Source: Gemmatimonadota bacterium (lineage in GTDB: Bacteria > Latescibacterota > UBA2968 > UBA8231). Taken from it: 42,440 nt of DNA. Each line of letters opens with the position of its first letter. Within the stretch, counting starts at the first letter, position 1. The notes under the pieces are model-generated. The model did no database searches. It worked only from the letters and a program-made list of their open reading frames with translations, and was not told where the DNA came from. The stretch lies in contig JAYOYH010000038.1 in the NCBI GenBank assembly GCA_038153405.1, forward strand, positions 1-42,440, read 5' to 3'. Shown here in pieces: positions 39,952-42,440 of the stretch. The position numbers were made by a program, and so were the translations under genes.

Positions 39952-40695
39952 CTAAACGGGTGGCTGGGTTGTTCGATTAAATTGCATGCGGTCCTGGCCA
40001 GCGACTTGTATCAGCGCGTGCTCCGGCGCATCCCACGTCAGCACCTTGACGATGGGAATAATGACGCGCACCGCCAGGCCAATGCGCCGTTTCTGCGAGC
40101 GGTTGGGCTCTGAATGGTGCACGCTGCGCTCGTTAAACAGCACAAACTGACCTGCTTTCATCTCCAGATTTACTAGCTGGCTAGTATCTATGTAGTCTGG
40201 GTCGCCCATCTCGGCAAAGACCATATCGTCGGTCGCTTTTATATGAGGCAGCGTCTTGCGGTGTGAGCCGGGAATCATCTGCAGACAGCTGTTTTCCACC
40301 GTGGCTTCGTCAATGGCAATCCACGCCGAGGCGATAATGGGCGGCTCCAGCGGCCAATAGTTGTGGTCCTGGTGCCAGGGAATCTCTTTGGCGCCAGGTT
40401 CTTTGACAAAGAAGTTAGTGCGCCACAGCAGCAGTTCCGGCCCGTAGAGGCTCTGCATGCGCTCGACAATGGGCGGGCGCGTGGAAAGATCGTATACCTG
40501 TTGGCTATCGAGATGGCGGTTGTGCGCGCGCGTGCCGTGATCGGGCGCATCGCTTTCCAACACGCGCTCCAAACCCGGTCGCAGCGCGGCCATTTCCGCT
40601 TCGCTGCACAGGTCGAACGGCCCGAGATAGCCGTCCCTGCGAAACGCATCCATTTCCGCTTCACTCAGTGAAAATGCCATATCTGCAGCGGTCAT
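39952..40695 (-). CDS. PhyH-family Fe(II)/2OG dioxygenase (SyrB2-like framework, HQD triad)
   Basis: FRRDGYLGPFD, FFVKEPG, PWHQD, MKAGQFVLF, VHHS.PN, RRIGLAVR. Confidence 0.9.
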   Translation of the reverse strand: MTAADMAFSLSEAEMDAFRRDGYLGPFDLCSEAEMAALRPGLERVLESDAPDHGTRAHNRHLDSQQVYDLSTRPPIVERMQSLYGPELLLWRTNFFVKEPGAKEIPWHQDHNYWPLEPPIIASAWIAIDEATVENSCLQMIPGSHRKTLPHIKATDDMVFAEMGDPDYIDTSQLVNLEMKAGQFVLFNERSVHHSEPNRSQKRRIGLAVRVIIPIVKVLTWDAPEHALIQVAGQDRMQFNRTTQPPV

Positions 40696-40723
40696 ATTAT
40701 TCTCTCCCCATATTTCGCCTATC

Positions 40724-42097
40724 CTATGCGTCCAGCAGCGGATCGCTTACCGCGCGCATCCACTCATCCAGCGCCTCCTGTAAACGCGCCACGTGCCCCT
40801 CTTCCCGCTCGGATAGATCGTCCATCTCCCACGGGTCATTCTCCAAGTCAAAGAGCTGCACGCGCTCGCAACCGGCCTGTCCGTCCGCAGAGCGATAGTA
40901 GCGAATCAATTTCCAGCGCCCGTCGCAGACCATGCGCTGCACGTCTTTATAGTGCGAGTAGACCGTCTCGTGTAGAACGGCCCCTCCATCGCGCATCAGC
41001 GGCAGCAGACTGCTGCTCTCGACGCTGTCGGGCACGTCGATACCGGCCAATTCGCACAGCGTCGGATAGATATCGTACGTCAGACTCAGCGCATCAACCG
41101 CCTTTCCAGAGGGTATACCGTCCCCGCACACAACCAGCGGCACCGACACGCTGTGCTCATACATATTCTGCTTGCCCATCAGCCCGTGCTGTCCCACCGC
41201 CAACCCGTGATCGGCCGTATAGACGACGAGCGTATCGCCGGCGTGCCCGTTCGCCTCCAGCGCTGCGAGTACCTGCCCGATCTTGGCATCCATATGCTCG
41301 ATCATGCCGTAGTAGTCGGCAATGTGCTGACGCACTTCCTCCTCCTTACGGGGGAAACCGGCCAATACTTCGTCGCGCAGGCGCATATCGCCGTTGTCAA
41401 AGGGATGTTCGGGCACGAAGTTGACCGGCAGGTCGACGGCCGCTGGATCGTAGGCATACCCTTCCGGCGGCGTGCGCGGATCGTGCGGCGCGGTAAAGGA
41501 CAGATAGAGAAAGAACGGCGCTTCTTCGCTATATCCATTCAGAAAATCGATCGCCGCATCGGCAAAGAGATCCGAGGAAAACCCATCTCCGACGTAGCTG
41601 GCGTCGTCTGGATAATGGCCCGTCGCATCAAAGTCGTGCAGCGGCACCCGGTCGTGGTCGCTCATGCCGCCAAAAAATATATTGGCCCCGTCGGCAAACG
41701 AGCGCGCAAAAGACGCGCGGCAGTTGTGCCACTTGCCCGTGGCAAAGGTGTGATAGCCCGCCTGGCGAAAGGTCTCGGCCATTAGCGCCTTGTCCGGACG
41801 TAAACGCAGCAGGTCGCGGTAGCCGTCGACGTGCGCGCCCACCGAGGCGCGAAAGGGATGCGATCCGGTGTGCAGCGCCGCCCGCGCCGGCACGCAAACA
41901 GCTCCACTCAATCCTCCGAGCATATAGTTGCGGCGAAAATGCGTGCCCGAAGCGATCAGCGCGTCGAGATGAGGCGTGCACACACACGGATTGCCGCAGG
42001 CCGCTATCGCGTCGTGGCGGTGATCGTCGGCCATGATAAAGAGCACGTTGGGCCGACTGGCAGAATGCAGATCGATGGATGAGTCTGTTTGCGACAT
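40724..42097 (-). CDS. Cys-type sulfatase (choline-sulfatase-like)
   Basis: PNVLFIMADD, CVPAR, GKWH, APHDPR, ADHGLAVGQHGLMGKQN. Confidence 0.92.
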   Translation of the reverse strand: MSQTDSSIDLHSASRPNVLFIMADDHRHDAIAACGNPCVCTPHLDALIASGTHFRRNYMLGGLSGAVCVPARAALHTGSHPFRASVGAHVDGYRDLLRLRPDKALMAETFRQAGYHTFATGKWHNCRASFARSFADGANIFFGGMSDHDRVPLHDFDATGHYPDDASYVGDGFSSDLFADAAIDFLNGYSEEAPFFLYLSFTAPHDPRTPPEGYAYDPAAVDLPVNFVPEHPFDNGDMRLRDEVLAGFPRKEEEVRQHIADYYGMIEHMDAKIGQVLAALEANGHAGDTLVVYTADHGLAVGQHGLMGKQNMYEHSVSVPLVVCGDGIPSGKAVDALSLTYDIYPTLCELAGIDVPDSVESSSLLPLMRDGGAVLHETVYSHYKDVQRMVCDGRWKLIRYYRSADGQAGCERVQLFDLENDPWEMDDLSEREEGHVARLQEALDEWMRAVSDPLLDA

Positions 42098-42312
42098 GGG
42101 GCTATTTCCCGTGTTTTTATGTCCACGTGTGCTGGCTCGCATGGCCTAGTAACGCGCGACGTGGCTCAAGATAGGGCCCCCTATAAACAGCGACAAGTCA
42201 CAGCGAGACCTCACGCCGAGATAGCCGGTTGACCGCCAACGGCAAATCGCGTTTTATAGAGCCCCTATACGCCAACCAACTCGTCCAAAACTCATCCGAA
42301 AGGATAACGGCT

Positions 42313-42440
42313 ATGTATGTAGGCGTCCAAGGCATCGGCACTTCCCGGCACGAACTGCAGTTTCTCCTCCGGCACGGCGTGACCCATATGGACACGGAAA
42401 TCGACCCCGACAACCTCGGTCGCATCGCGCAGCAGCGCGA
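42313..42440 (+). CDS. 5' part of a probable mannonate dehydratase/xylose-isomerase-like TIM-barrel protein (truncated by the window)
   Basis: AAAGGA upstream; MYVGVQ...ELQFLLRHGVTHMD resembles UxuA N-termini. Confidence 0.45.
   Translation, partial: MYVGVQGIGTSRHELQFLLRHGVTHMDTEIDPDNLGRIAQQR

Overview
GC-rich (roughly 60%) bacterial chromosomal segment. I found no rRNA, tRNA, CRISPR array, IS or phage genes. The left half (about 2.9-17.7 kb, minus strand) is an aromatic amino acid super-cluster: trpL attenuator, fused trpE(G), trpG/pabA, trpD, trpC, trpS, chorismate mutase and prephenate dehydrogenase-ACT. A separately promoted unit follows: aroA-like, a 46-aa membrane peptide, aroE, argS, a 56-aa Zn-finger peptide, aroK, aroB, rimO and DUF971. 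The middle holds a divergent oxyR/katG pair with a clear OxyR operator, then GT4, a DSD1-like PLP enzyme and cnoX. The right half is catabolic: three sulfatases, three PhyH-family dioxygenases, an enolase-superfamily enzyme, GH130, GH125, an ABC exporter plus DUF1854, SDR, HAD, aminotransferase, an alpha/beta hydrolase and two decayed gene remnants. This repertoire resembles Latescibacterota/Poribacteria-like heterotrophs (inference only). The most notable observations are (1) a full-length AroA homologue in the usual aroA position that has lost nearly all catalytic residues, co-transcribed with two small proteins missing from the ORF track, (2) a PhyH protein with a halogenase-like HxG triad, (3) a prephenate dehydrogenase lacking a usable start codon, which a -1 shift would fuse to chorismate mutase, and (4) a one-cysteine OxyR. 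All family assignments come from motif recognition by eye, not from database searches.
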